Shown here: positions 13,088 to 26,857 of the stretch, one piece after another | Numbering within the stretch: the first letter of the stretch is position 1 | Layout of the letters: each line of letters opens with the position of its first letter | DNA from: Laetmonice hystrix | Taxonomy: Eukaryota | Reading direction: 5' to 3' | Assembly: GCA_965235115.1 (NCBI GenBank) | Contig: OZ249436.1 | Location: 38,690,001-38,754,000 of the forward strand | DNA: 64,000 bases | The notes under the pieces: model-generated | Told to the model about the DNA's origin: nothing | What the model saw: the letters and a program-made list of their open reading frames with translations, nothing else | The model's database searches: none | Translations under genes and position numbers: made by a program

Positions 13088-14620
13088 GTCACCACGATCG
13101 TTGCATGGTTCGTGGTTCGTGGGGGGCGCAAGGGGGCAACTGCCCCCCCCCCCCGATTCCCAGTTTTTTAATTATTATTGGGCCTGGGTCCCCAACATTG
13201 ACACTGGAATTGACACCTGGTACTTGCTCAGGTGGCAGTGACCCCCCCCCCCCCGTATTTGGGCCAGACTACGGCCCTCGTATGAATACTGCTGCTGTAT
13301 CGAGTTATTCCCTGAATTGCCCCCCTATGGGTGCGATCAGTTTTTGCCGACCTCCTCACCCATCCAGCGTGATTTGATGTTACATGTAAGTTTGACATGT
13401 TGTTACATGCCCTAGTTTCTGTAACAACCTCCTCCCATAACGTTTCATCATGTAGCAAGGAGAGAACAGTGAACCCAACCACCCACTGTATCCAACCATT
13501 GTTACATCAAACGTGTCACTCTGTCGTCCTGAGGACAGGCTTAGCTTCAAGTGTACCCATAATTACGTTACTCACCGCTTCAGAACCTCTCTTAACCAAG
13601 GACAAGATTTACAATTGGTTCGTATTTATGTGGCGTTCAGATTGCCCGTGGCCTTGCCGCGTGGTAGAGATTATATATACAAGGATATGTCAGAGTACGC
13701 GGATGTATAGTCTGTGGGTCAGGAACGCCTTATAGATAGGTTGGTGACAAAGTACGAGGCAACAAGATTTGGCGACTTCTAGAATTTATTTCACATAATA
13801 CGCGTCCACATAGAAAAATAAATGACGGGAGCTTTGGAACATATCGGAGAACTGCAATGCAGACATATTTTTTATGAAACGCCATGTATGACTTGAAATT
13901 TGTGCGGTATTATCTTTAATTGTGTTACAAAATCACAATCAATGTAATATGGTTCTTTAGCATATTGGTCTTTTGAAGTTGTTTTCTCTTCTTTGAGTGT
14001 ACAGTTCATACATAATTTCTCCCAGCTTCCGTAATTCTACATTTATCAAATAAATCGAGAGCTGTGCTGTACATTTTTCATTCAGTGAAGTCCTTTTTAA
14101 TCTTCCGTCAATTCGACATGAAGTATTTAGTCGATATTGCATCTCGGGGGAAGACGCGATGACTTTATGGCCTGATAATATAAGATCGAGGCGCTTCTAG
14201 ATATCTTAATAAATTCACTTAAATTATTGTCGCTGGAAGTTAATTTTAAGGAAGCGCACTGACGTCTGGTCTGCTATAACAGTGTGCTCTTTCAAGAGGC
14301 CGCCCATCTTGTTACACAGCTGAGATCACTACACCGAGCGTTGTGCGGCTTATCCCGCCGCGCAAGATAAAGTTCCAAGCCAAGCAAGATAAAGTTCCAA
14401 ATATAGGGTACACAAAAAGAAACTGCCCTACCTAAGTATTTTGCAGTATATAAAAATAGATTACAACAAAAATACAATATGAATGTCATAATATAAGTAA
14501 TATTTTTTCAACAAATGGCATGAAAAAAGTGGCATTAAAGCAGTTCCGCATGAATGCAAAGTTGCAAAACTCGACGTTGCAGCTTCGGCTGGTATAGTGC
14601 GTATAGCGCCCCCCCCCCCC

Positions 14621-14774
14621 CGTGTTACTAAGGTCTGGTTATTAACGATATAGTTAAATTTACCTGGCCGTGAATGGTATGCCTCTGGTTAATGGGATCG
14701 TTATTAACCAGAGACTCTCATATATTCCTGAAGTTAACGATATCGTTAATAACCAGACCCTAGTATAAGACACG
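14621..14774. mobile_element. Short fold-back MITE-like element
   Basis: actaaggtctggttattaacgata / tatcgttaataaccagaccctagt arms with an inner ctctggttaa/ttaaccagag pair. Confidence 0.6.
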
Positions 14775-17700
14775 CCCCTGGTTGTGAATCCCGACCAATC
14801 ATTCCGTCGCACTCGCTGTTGGGTATGGCATTCCACTCGTGCACTAGCAGATGTTAGGTCCAGTGTTGTCTTCTCATCAACATGATCACTTACTTCCTTC
14901 TTCAAATGGTCCTACAAAACGCTGACAACGGAGAACAGCTAACAGCGCCTTTAATAGGCTACAGGCTGTCTAACTGCATGGCTAAAACTGCTACAATGGA
15001 TAGGCCTATATATCTGACCTTGTTACACACATAATATTTCTATTTACTCAACAATGCGTATTGGTTTTGTCGATATTTCCTGAAACCATCCTCTAAATAT
15101 ATGTCTTTGTGATGAGATACATATTTAATTCCTTTAATTGTTAATAGAGGTTTCCATTTTTCTGAAGAAAATTAGGATGGGGCAGTTTCTTTTTGTGCAG
15201 TGTGTATAAAAAGTACTCAAATATAGTAAGCCGCTGGCACCAGAGATGATTACGGGGAGGAGTCAGATTCTGGGGCCAGAGGACTCGGCTCACCGGCGAC
15301 TGACTTCGTCATGTCTCGGCTGTACGGCGGAGGTCGCCATGTTGGGGGGGGGGGACTAGGTCGGGATCAGTGGCCCGGATGTAGACAACAACAAACTTGC
15401 GTGGTTCCGCCGTGCAGAAAATGGAGACCCCCCCCCCCCTAGTTAGCCCGTGTCGAACTTTACAGAGTTAGAATATCTGGTTTGCTCGCAGGTACTGTTT
15501 TGCCCCCACGGTAGAAAGTTCGAGAAGGATAGGTATAGGCCCTATGTTGAGAAATTAGATTTGAACCATGTGCCTATGCGTAGAGGGAAATTCGACGATT
15601 TACTGCTCATATATTCATGCGCGATGCCACTTCACAAGACTTTGCGCAAATCCGAGGAATATGGCGGCTTCATACATCCGATGCCTGGTTCGCCTCCGGA
15701 TATGACCTAGAAACAGCCAATCAGAAACAGCGTCGGTGTTCCGATTGGGGCCAGAGTGCTGATCGGTTACATTGATTTGTCTTGGGCCTCCTGATTGGTC
15801 AGAGCTTATATCACTTTTACCTGAAAATATCACGATGTCTAAGCCTTATTTTCTTTATTTATACTCCCCCCCCCCAACTTAAACACAGTTGGCGCTGTTA
15901 TCAAACTAAGACACCTTCATGCCTTTCTGAATTATTACATTATGCAGGAATAAAGTTAAATTATTAAAGTATAATGTAGCGTATAGTAGTGCCAGTGTGT
16001 GCTGAAACTCTTAGACAAGACCCATGAATGAGACCACTACATTCGCGCATATATTTTCGCTGCAACTATAATAGTGACAAATGGTTGACTTATAGGTATA
16101 CGGTCCTCAACACGACCAATCATTGTCAGCTTTGAGGAAGGAGTTCACAGAAACCTTGCCCCTTTAACAATGCGCAAGAACTCCCAAGGGAATAGGTCGC
16201 GGAGGTAATGCATAATAAATGTCGATGGTATACGCAGAATAAGAGGTAGTATAGCTGAGACCGGACCGTCGGCGGCCTGGTCACCTTTGTTGGGAGTACG
16301 TCAGAAGGGTTCCGAGTCTGGCAATAGACGTCGCCGCCGCCGACCGCCGCCAGCAAGGTAGACCAATGACCTTCCAGTCAGTCTCTGCGCGCCTCACACA
16401 TCGGACACATTGTCAGGGCGGTGACGGAAGAAGACATATGTTTTAACATCCAGTACACACCTTTATAATTCCCATGCGCTGCTCTAATGCAGTGTTAATT
16501 TCTTCTTGGACATTTACTTGTAGATCCGCGTGCTTCAGCGTGAGCTCCACCCATTTTTTTCAGTTATACTTTTAGTAAATTTGGCAGCAGCGGAACAGAG
16601 CGGCTGCTTCTGCTAAGTTGTCCTTGTGAGTTACCGTCATAATGGTTAGCTGGAAGTTGTCAGACCATTAGTCGGGGAAGGCGCTCTGACTGGCCGCGGG
16701 GGTGAGCGCCCCTTGGGTCCATTGGCTGAGGCTGTCAGCTACAAGAAGTGTAATGGTTTACCGTCGTGCTAGTCTCAGCCCCGTCTGCTGCTATAGCCCG
16801 ACTGCCTCGGGTACACGGAACCCATTTCCACGTGTGCTGTTCCCAATTTCAAACGGAAAATGCCTGTCGTGCACATTGACAATAGGGGACACACTTATAT
16901 GGACAATAGGGCAAAGTTCTTGCCATATTATGTCAGGTAACTAAATCTATTTTAGGGCACGTAATCTTTACTCTGAATTTGTTCTTTCTTGCCTCCATCA
17001 TTCCGCTTGCAGTGTTCCTTTAATGGGACCTAGGGAACTTTCTCTCATTTTTAATACCTGACGTATTCCGTATTATTCGCCATTGACATTTCGGTCATGA
17101 TCCGACAACGCATCTTTTTTTTAGATTCCTTGATGACGGCTGCAACTGGGCCCAGATATTGTAACTTGAACGTTAATTCATGAGGTCAAACAGAAGTTAT
17201 GACACTGTCCAATCCCTGCCGTTGGTGGAGAATGGAGCGTCTGGACCAGCCGCTGATATCCCGGCGTCTCGTTAGGGGGCGCACAACCTCATCCCAGACG
17301 TCCTGTTTGACTTGTTTTACAAAGCGGTTACCTATTCATAAAACCTGGCATGGAGCGGCCGGCCTGGAACCACAGTAGGTAATGTCCCTGCCAGTGACAG
17401 CGTACATTATCGTTAATAGGTTTATCAATATCATGACCTCGACAATATCCAAGGGCACATCGCACAGTGGGGTCGTCTCAGTGCGTTCAAACAGCCATCG
17501 CCATAGGCGCGAGAAAGGGCGACCGGTTGTGGCGTAAGGGCAAAGGGTGCTTTTTGTAGTTAGCTAAATCTGATGGCAGCTATTACTCCGGTGGGACCCT
17601 CACCTGTGTTCCGTCTGTGTGAGGATGGTTGGGAGGATCGTTCTCTCTCAAACAGATGGAGAACGGGAATAATGTCTTCCGTATCTCACCTCAATTTTTG

Positions 17701-20700
17701 TTGTTGAAACCACATCTGTCTCTGGTACCGGTGATGTTAGTGGTGTTTGCCCCTGTCAAACAACTTTTGTTTGGGCTATGGACGGATAGGCACATTGGCC
17801 TATTGTTTGAACCACGGAGATTTGTACGCTGTTTTGTGATATCCGTTATCATGTTGGACAACCCGCGGCAAATTGTCCATCATGGCATCGGGAAATGGTG
17901 TTTTGACCTAATGGTATTTGACGCATTGAGTCAAGCCGTAATCTGAACCCCCTACCTTACATGATGAACCAACACATTAAGCCCATTCCAGCAACACATG
18001 CGAACCGTGTGGGTTACGTTCGATATCCATCTGCAATGTTAATGTTAACTGTGGATAGCCAAACGTCAGTTCACTCTTCGATATGATCATATAAATAGGA
18101 AAGCAAAATATGAGGGCCATACTGAATTCTGATAATTTTGAATTGTCCTTTTAATAATAGTACTGAGAATATCTATATTAGAAAGACGTAGGACAGCTAA
18201 ATTTAAAACCATGCACCCGTATCTGTCGTGACACATAATGAAAGGTTAAATGAAACCCGTGTGGTAGTCAAAGCTACATATGTGAATGTTTTATGCATGA
18301 ATATGCATTTGTCCCTACCTTTGTCTACGTAATGACAGTCAGCCATTTATACGGACAGTTAACACGTCATGGCTTTTAGCGCTGCCCGTGGATCAGGCAC
18401 ATTTTCTGACCAATTTAAAAGCATTAATGAAGCTGTAGTTAGGGGCTTGGGAGGCGGGGTACCAACTCGGAGTTGATTGTTGAGGTGATAGTCCATGCAG
18501 TCAGAACAGTGTGGTAAACGCTCGTCAGGGTTGTGTGTACCATTGATTTGTGTACACAATACATGTATTGCATTCTTGTTCACACTGAAAGTCCATATGG
18601 AAAACCAGTTTTGAAAACGTGGCAGAAGTAGCGGCATGGCGTGTCACCGGTCATATGTTGTCCGCAATGAATGGGCGCAGACACAAAACATGCATGCAGG
18701 GTGAATATTAGTTCAAACTTGTTTCAAAAAGTTCAAGTCACTTCGCTGGATTTATATCAATATCTTCGTAAGTGATTGTACATGGAAATTATTTCGTTGA
18801 GCCAAATGGAACAAACATTTCGGAAATGTTTCAATACTTAATTATACATTTTTATGCACATTTTACATTTATGATTTTTTTATGTCCATATTTGGCTCTC
18901 AGACTGTAACTTATGCCCTTTCAGGATGGGGATTAGCAGTCCCGCTTGCCGGGACGGTGCTTTGTTAAGCAGTTATGACTGCTGGCTCTCCTGAAAATAT
19001 TAACATAGTGAGGCGATGGATTCGATTTTTTTGGAGCTGTACATTCACCACCCTGTGGACGCAACAAACCGAGTCCTTCCACCACTATACCGGGCAATAG
19101 ACGTACTGGCACTGTTCGCTTGTGAGATGTATACTCTCTCTCTCCTGTCTTTATTCATGAAGTGCCGGCTATAGTATATTTAAATTAGAATATTTGAGCA
19201 CATTTTATGCCATATTACAAAAATTGTGCTCTAATACAATGTATTATAGATTATTGATGACGGTTCTCTCGAAGATTTATCTCTGAGAGTGAGATTCCGA
19301 TGGGTAAGTCCCTGGGAGCCGTTTACTTCTATAGGCCGTGGTGGAGTAACGGGGGGGGGATCAGGGGGTCCGGGAGTTTTTTTCTCCCAAGATGAGAGGT
19401 ATGCGTTTCCTGCACGATGGTCGCCCAGGTTATTTATGATTCATGCTATAGAACGCAACATCCGCCAGTTCAGGGAACGTCTCCCAGAACAAGCTCATTA
19501 AGGATAGAGCCCCCACCCGTACTTTAATATGAAGCAAATTGGTCTCTTTATTCATATTCATGTAGGCTGATAAGTGAATGAAAAATACGCAACTGTGGGA
19601 GCAGAATGAATTGGTATGGCTGTGTCGGGGTGTAATATCGTAAACCCATATCCGTATTGTGTTAGTGGGGTTACGAATTGAAAGAGGCCATGTGGCCTTG
19701 AGTTTTGATTCACTCTATATTCCCAAGTGACATTGTAAATCAGCGGTGTCTTTGTTAAAGGTGAACTTCTATTACCACTGCCACTGACGACAGGGGACAC
19801 AAAAAGGGCACACGGCTTGGCTCATTTTGTGTGACACAACCCATTACAACGGCAACTCGCCGCACTCGTTATAACCGGCCGCCAATGCACACCGAGCCTG
19901 AATAATTTACAAGTAGACGCCTGTGTACTGCGGCGAAATGCAATTGTTGGCATAACTTTCCCCAACTAACATGCATCAAACGAGTTGTAAAAGATTCAGG
20001 CAGGCATATGAGTTTAAATATCGCTGTACGTATACGAAGCAAACAGTTTAATGGTGGTATGATGTATATAGGACCTTTTGTATATTTCTTTCATTCGCCA
20101 TTTCTATTGTTGGCTGTGTAAACAGCCAGTGCACCTATTCACAGTCCGTTCTGCCGGACTTGGTTGGGACCTGAGTACAGCGTGGACACAGGCCGATCCA
20201 TCTGTGTCATTGGCAAGTGCTGAGACTACCGGATTGCCTGCAGTGTCAACTTCGCCGTCTCCAAAACTTTCAGCTTTGCAACTGCTTATTAAACATCATT
20301 TGTCAACCCGAAAATGGTAATCTGTCTTCAGGCCGACCAATAAGGAGGGACTATGAATCACTTGAATATTAAATGGCATGTAAAACCGTGTTCCTGCTCA
20401 CTTGACACACTTGTAATAACCGTCTAATGAACGGATAAAAAACCGCTCCTAATTTCAGCCCGTCACTGCAGTGTTTGCAGCGAATATATCTCCAGTGACT
20501 CACCCCTTTGCATATTTACAAAATCTGGTATTGGCTGAGCGAATAAAGAATTTTGTCGAGTAGCTGTCATTCGGAAGGCTCATGCACAACCGGTAGAAAA
20601 TCCAGATTGAATTCCGTTGCAGGATGCGAGTATCACCCAAACAGTACCAGAAGCCAGATATCCTTGACATTTAGCCATCCTCCCCTTGTTTAACCATAAC

Positions 20701-20765
20701 ACAGCTTCCTCACTCCATCTCGCCTCAATATAACATTATTTACACCACCTAAAGAAAAATTTATA

Positions 20766-20928
20766 TAGGGGTGGACCCAGGGGGTCCGAACCCCCTTTTT
20801 TGACGCAATACCTCCATTTTGCCACAGTACTGCAGTTTTCTTACTACACCCCACATGGGCCGCCTCTTTTAAAACGCAGTTTTCTTCGTTGCATCCTCTC
20901 CCATTGCCAAATCTTGGATCCGCACCTG
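20766..20928. mobile_element. Short hAT-like MITE just upstream of the CUB exon acceptor
   Basis: taggggtggaccca / tggatccgcacctg termini; flanks TTATA / TTATC. Confidence 0.6.
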
Positions 20929-20994
20929 TTATCAAACCCGGTTGACTGTGACTCTGTAGGAATGCGTTGATGACCTGTTGTTATACCGTTTCAG

Positions 20995-21351
20995 TCCCCT
21001 CCATCCAGCGAACATGTCAATCCCCGGGGTCGGCTCCTTACTTTGATCACGGCTACATCGCCTCACCCAACTACCCGGCCAAGTACTACATGGACGCCGA
21101 GTGTACGTGGTCACTGGCCGTACAACCTCGGCAGACCATCCGAGTCACGATATTCGACTTCGAGCTGGACGTTAAAAAAGGCGGCAACTGTTTCGACTAC
21201 CTGGAGATCGAAACACGCGGTCAGACGGTGTTCAAGGATTGTGGCGCCCTCGGCAAACAGAGTATAACGGTGGACTCGAGCACAGCGTTAGTAAGGTTCA
21301 AAACTGGGCAGTCCAGTCCCACGCAACGAGGATTCTTCATATACTTTGAAG
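20995..21351 (+). CDS. SUEL-CUB-CCP membrane protein, CUB domain exon
   Basis: TTTCAG acceptor, GTAATG donor, phase 1-1; GYIASPNYPAKY...CTWSL...IRVTIFDFELD...CFDYLEI...CG...VRFKT...RGFFIYF is a canonical CUB pattern. Confidence 0.93.
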
Positions 21352-21354
21352 GTA

Positions 21355-21697
21355 ATGTATCAGGTATTTTTCGCGTGTGTTTTAATTTCGCGATTTTCGC
21401 GTTTTCAAAAAAACCCCGCGAAATTAAGAAACGCGAAATAAACACTTGGAACGGCGCATTTCCAGTAATATCCGCTTACAAAACAAAACAACACTTCATT
21501 ACCTTCTTTAACTTGGCAGTTGCTTACTAGCTCTTGCTGTATTTGCGTGGTGGGGAATTAAAACTGTTGAATTTAATACATGTCTTTACTTTTAGATGGG
21601 GATGCCATTGCCTAAACGCGAATTTAAGAAACGCGAAACCAGCCCAAAGTGAAAAAAACGCGAAATTTTAATCACGCCAAATTAAAGTGATTTACAG
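21355..21697. mobile_element. TA-TSD MITE with CGCGAAA-rich subterminal repeats, inserted in the CUB exon splice donor
   Basis: Right end ...gatttacag|TA, left end TA|atgta...; internal inverted tttcgcg / cgcgaaa repeats. Confidence 0.7.
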
Positions 21698-23183
21698 TAT
21701 TTGTTTCATTATCCAATATCGGGAAGAGCAGAAAGAATGACCTTCTGAGATACGATGACCTGTCTAGTTAAATACCAACGGAAATTACCCGGTTTGACCA
21801 ATCAAAGAAACTGTGTCGCTCCGTCGCTTGACGACAGGTCACACACGGCTGTCGCTCTATGGATTCATACTGGACTATTATGATATAACCTATGACCAAA
21901 GTCTGCCCCGTAGAATGTAGGTTGCTATCGTCTATTTTAATAAAGTTCCTGCAGAGGTTATCAAAATCTGAATATTACAGGGGCTGAAGAAAGGGGGAAC
22001 TGCCATTGACGGGTATTGTAGTTGTGTTAGAATTTAAGCCTTAACTTTGGATAATAAAGGAAAGGTACGCGGAGACTAAGCATCGAAATGCAGGATTAGT
22101 TTAATAGAAAAGCAGAGGGTGTTTTAGTTTTATTTACTCTCATTAGCTATCTCTTTAAACTGGATCGTTCATAAGATAAAACATCTCGAAATTCTAGCCT
22201 GGTCCTAATGAAATTTATTCTTTGGTTTAAAATGTTAATTGAAGACGACAGGGCCCAGATGGAATAATCAGTTTTACAATAGCAGACTATTTGTTTTGTG
22301 GCACTCTATGTTGATCATTACTGGTCCTATCGTATAAAATGACGTTTTAATTAGTGGGACACTTTATGGGGAGCCACTGAAGGTTGGTTGGAATGGTGGG
22401 TGGTGGCAATCTGTCATCACCTATCACATTTATCACTAACATAATTGAAATTCTTCTCATCGTTTTGTTCAAAACGCCTCAAATATCATCTGATCTTCGT
22501 TAATTTCTAGTGACGTTAGATGAATTAACATCATTAAACATTGATAGACGAGCAGATAATAGACCAGACAGCAGTTGGCTCTGTACTCTACCATTCACGC
22601 TATTCACTCCAATCAGACAGCAGGCTGGTAAAGTCTGTAATTGGCCGTTTCCAAACCGTACAGCATAACTTTATCTGCGATCGCAGATCCATAGCCGTTT
22701 TATTTCGCATGCTTTGAAGTCTTTGTGACATTCATGGTGGGTATTGACAGGGGATTGGCTACCATCGCCAAAGAAAACCAGCAGGGGATATTTCCATGTG
22801 ACCTGTTTTCGGTCTCCGCAGCCGTGAATGTTCTGACAACGCAAGGTGTCAATGTTCCTGCAATGTCTTTGTTCCTGGGGCGTTCGGAGCCTTCATGTGT
22901 TTCTAGGATAGTCAACTCAGCAACTTGTACCAACAAGAAATCAGCATTGGGACTCGCATTTGATAACTTGTAGAAAAGCAACGCATTTATGTAAAAATAG
23001 GCAAATTCACCTCATATAAATACGTTTGTTTCTTATGAAAATTTTAACCATCTGCAAGCAGTGTCTGTCCTCATGTCATATGAAAAACTTTATGCACGTA
23101 TCTTTATGAAGTAATTAATAAAGCGAAGATGGTAAGTGAGCAAGTGATTTTAATTGCCTTGTTTGTTTTTCTTATGACCTCAG

Positions 23184-23372
23184 CGGTTGGACCAGGGTGC
23201 CCTGATATCACAATTCCCGGAAACGGAACAGTCGTCTACCGGATGTTCAATGGCGAACTGACAGCCAATGTAACGTGTCTACCTGGTTTCGTGTTCCTGG
23301 GGTCAGAGCAGGTCACCAAGACGCTGCGTTGTATGGGCTCTGAGTGGAACTTACCGCTCAATCCCTGTGTCG
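23184..23372 (+). CDS. SUEL-CUB-CCP membrane protein, sushi/CCP domain exon
   Basis: CTCAG acceptor, GTGAGT donor, phase 1-1; CPDITIPGNG...VTCLPGFVFLGS...LRCMGSEWNLPLNPC has the 4 Cys plus Trp sushi signature. Confidence 0.92.
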
Positions 23373-24011
23373 GTGAGTAACATTTTTTTCGGTACACGAC
23401 ATTTTGAAAGATCGGCCACGATTCCTGATGTAGGAGGACTCGCATTGTGCGTGGCGCTAGTTACCTTTCTCACCAGGAGCCAAAAATATCAAATTTTACC
23501 GACACTCAAAAACATGATACAATTACTGACGTATGATCAGGTCATTTTGATACACAGCTGTATTCACCTTCTGCATTCCAATTTTAATGTTGCCTAAAGT
23601 ATTCGTGTATGATTATTCCCCCATACATAATTTTTTTTCTATTTATTTTCCTTCCTTTATTTTCACAGTAGTCCAAGTTTCAAAATGATTACGTCTTGCG
23701 ACATGCTTTTTGATGGCGTTATTTTGGCCTAGTGCTCTTGGTGCTGTTTTCATTACACGGTTGGCCTTTCCACAGTCTAAGCGGTATTCCCAATACCAAC
23801 CAGTTTTGCATTACCTTTTGCCTCCAGCGACGTTCATTGGTAGTTTTTTCATTCAATTTATGCTTGCTACAGGTTTCGTTCCGACAAGTAAGTATTGTGA
23901 CACGTTGACGATATACAACAAGTGCTAGAACGGTTTCCTCATATTTTGACATGGGTTACGGCTTGCAGACGTTTGCGTTTTCCCTATTTACCAGAATTGC
24001 ATGTGTCGTAT

Positions 24012-24146
24012 GGCCCCAGTTCGTAAAAACTTACGATCTTGCTTAAGCTTAAGATTAACGCTTCGGATTGGCTAGTCTAATCAGACCAGCCAATCAGAAG
24101 CGTTAAGCTTAAAAGCAAGATCTTAAGATTTTGACGAACTGGGTCC
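24012..24146. mobile_element. Palindromic PIF/Harbinger-like MITE
   Basis: ggccccagttcgt / acgaactgggtcc termini; almost the whole element folds back on itself. Confidence 0.7.
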
Positions 24147-25194
24147 TGAACTTGGTGGAGAAATGTATCCGCACCTAGCGGATACATCCTTACAAGCATG
24201 TGCATCCACCTCGGTATGCCAATAAGGTGTGTAAGCTATCATTTTGTTCTCTCAAACAAACTTCTGATACCCGGTAGATCTCATACGTCTGCTTGCACCG
24301 TGATTTCTAGAAGTCAACCTCGTTTGAAGTGTAACGTTATCTGCTTGAAAAAACTATAAGTTTTGTTTCCATTGATAAAGTAACCATGACTTCCGTGTGC
24401 TTCATTGGTGTTTTGTGTCGGTTCTAATATTAAGATCATGGTTTAACTACCGAAAAGTTCAAACTGCAGAATCTCATGCCTGCTTCCGCCTGACGCTTCA
24501 TGCATAACATTTACGACAAGTTTGAAATTAATCTGTACATAGATATTATACCTCCAGTATTCGACAGACAAAGCCTTTCATAATATTATGCAGTATAGAG
24601 CATGAGTGTGAGTCTCTTTGTACATATGCCATCATGATGATGAAGGAAGAAGTCGTTCGGCTTGATACTTAGTTTGTCTCATTATCACTCGCGTACAAGC
24701 AACACATAGACCTACAAGATCAACCCAATCTACAGGTAAAGTAGATATGCAACCTTTGCGGTCACTGAACTCAAATGTGTAACTTGCTGAGTGAGTTGAA
24801 TGTGCAATGTGTCACTTACACTGTCTGCATGCGTATAAGTTGTACATTAAAGAACCTTGGATAGGACTTTCGTCTATTTTTGCAAGCGTACACTTCAAGA
24901 GTAAGACATAGACATCAGGTACAGAATGTTTGTACATGACGGTTGATCAATATAGTCTTATAAAGCGGGCACTAACGCTACCCAGGTATTTGAGATGCAA
25001 AGCTGAAATTGTATTTTTTACGAATTTGACCTTAATATGACAAGTGATACAGTTTGTGGTTTGGGTTCTGGTGGAAGTTTGCTTTTCATATTAATATTAC
25101 AACTGGAAATGAGTCTGGATCGGTATGTTCGCCCTCTATTTTATTTAGGGGGTTCGGAACGGTATAACGTCTTTTGTTTTACTGGCATCATGAT

Positions 25195-26857
25195 CCATTT
25201 AACATCCTTCTTGCCGAGCCGCTTTCAAGATAACATTTAACGTCCTTCCGGCCCGCGAAATTTTTTTTCCCACATTAGTTCTGGTTCTGGACCCCCCCAT
25301 TATCATACAGCCAATCAGAAACAGGCACACATATGGCTATGGAATACCGGCGACGACATGCGAGATGCGAGACAGTGTGTTTGGGTTAGGGTAAAGGTTA
25401 GGCCTAGGGTTAGTGTTAGTTTTCATAGCCCAAAATTATTGTTAAATAGGCACTAATTGATGAGCAGTGGATCTTAATGTGGGTGTCAATAAGAAACATT
25501 CACTGACACTGTTCGGTCCCATATCACGAGCGATAGAGTCTGGCGTTCACTGATTGGCTGAAGCTAGAATGGGGTCCGGAACTAATGTGGGAAAAAAAAA
25601 TTCGCTTCCGGCCCAGCCGCTTTGAAGGTTACATTTAACGTCCTTTTTGCCCGGCCGCTTTCAAGGTTACATTAACTTCCTTCTTGCCCAGCCGCTTTCA
25701 AGGTTACATTAACTTCCTTCTTGCCCAGCCGCTTTCAAGGTTACATTAACTTCCTTCTTGCCCAGCCGCTTTCAAGGTTATATTAACATCTTGCCCAGTC
25801 GCTTTCAAGGTTACATTACCGTCCTTCCTGCCCAGCCGCTTTCAAAGTTACAATTAACGTCCTTCTTGCCCAGTCGCTTTCAAGGTTACATTAACGTCCT
25901 TCTTGCCCAGCCGCTTTCAAGGTTACATTAACGTCCTTGTTAGGCCTACCCAGCCGCTTTCAAGGTTACATTAACATCCTTCTTGCCCGGCCGCTTTCAA
26001 GGTTACATTTAACGTCCTTCTTGCCTGGCCGCTTTCAAGGTTACATTTGACGTCCTTCTTGCCCAGCTGCTTTCGAGCTTATATTTAACGTACTTCTTGC
26101 CTGGCGGCTTTCAAAGTTACATTAACATCCTTCTTGCCCAGTCGCTTTCAGGTTACATTAACATCCTTCTTGCCCAGCCGCTTTCAGGTTACATTAACAT
26201 CCTTCTTGCCCAGTCGCTTTCAGGTTACATTAACATCCTTCTTGCACGGCTGCTTTCAAGGTTACATTAACGTCCTTCTTGCCCAGCCGCTTTCAAGGTT
26301 ACATTAACATCCTTCTTGCCCAGCCGCTTTCAAGGTTACATTAACATCCTTCTTGCCCGGCCGCTTTCAAGGTTACATTTAACGTCCTTCTTACCCAGCC
26401 GCTTTCAAGGTTACATTAACATCCTTCTTGCCCAGTCGCTTTCAAGGTTACATTAACATCCTTCTTGCCCGGCCGCTTTCAAGGTTAAATTTAACGTCCT
26501 GCTTGCCCGGCCGCTTTCAAGGTTACATTTAATGTCCTTCTTGCCCAGCCGCTTTCAAGGTTCCATTTAACGTCCTTCTTGCCCAGCCGCTTTCAAGGTT
26601 CCATTTAACGTCCTTCTTGCCCAGCCGCTTTCAAGGTTACATTTAACATCCTTCTTGCCCAGCCGCTTTCAAGGTTACATTTAACATCCTTCTTGCCCAG
26701 CTGCTTTCAAGGTTACATTTAACGTCCTTCTTGCCCCGCCGCTTTCAAGGTTACATTTAACGTACTTCTTGCCTGGCGGCTCTCAAGGTTACATTACAAT
26801 CCTTGCCCAGTCGCTTTCAAGGTTACATTAACATCCTTCTTACCCAGCCGCTTTCAA
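25195..26857. repeat. Minisatellite with a unit of about 37-38 bp (over 30 copies), interrupted by a MITE
   Basis: Unit ccttcttgcccagccgctttcaaggttacatt(t)aac(a/g)t repeated. Confidence 0.95.
25255..25605. mobile_element. MITE with 9-bp TSD (Mutator-like)
   Basis: TIR gcgaaattttttttcccacattagttc / gaactaatgtgggaaaaaaaaattcgc; TTCCGGCCC at 25246-25254 and 25606-25614. Confidence 0.85.

Noticed and set aside
17100..17330. Possible Tc1 C-terminal fragment on the minus strand (VWDEV...AVIK)
   Set aside because: Similarity too weak and the spacing does not fit.
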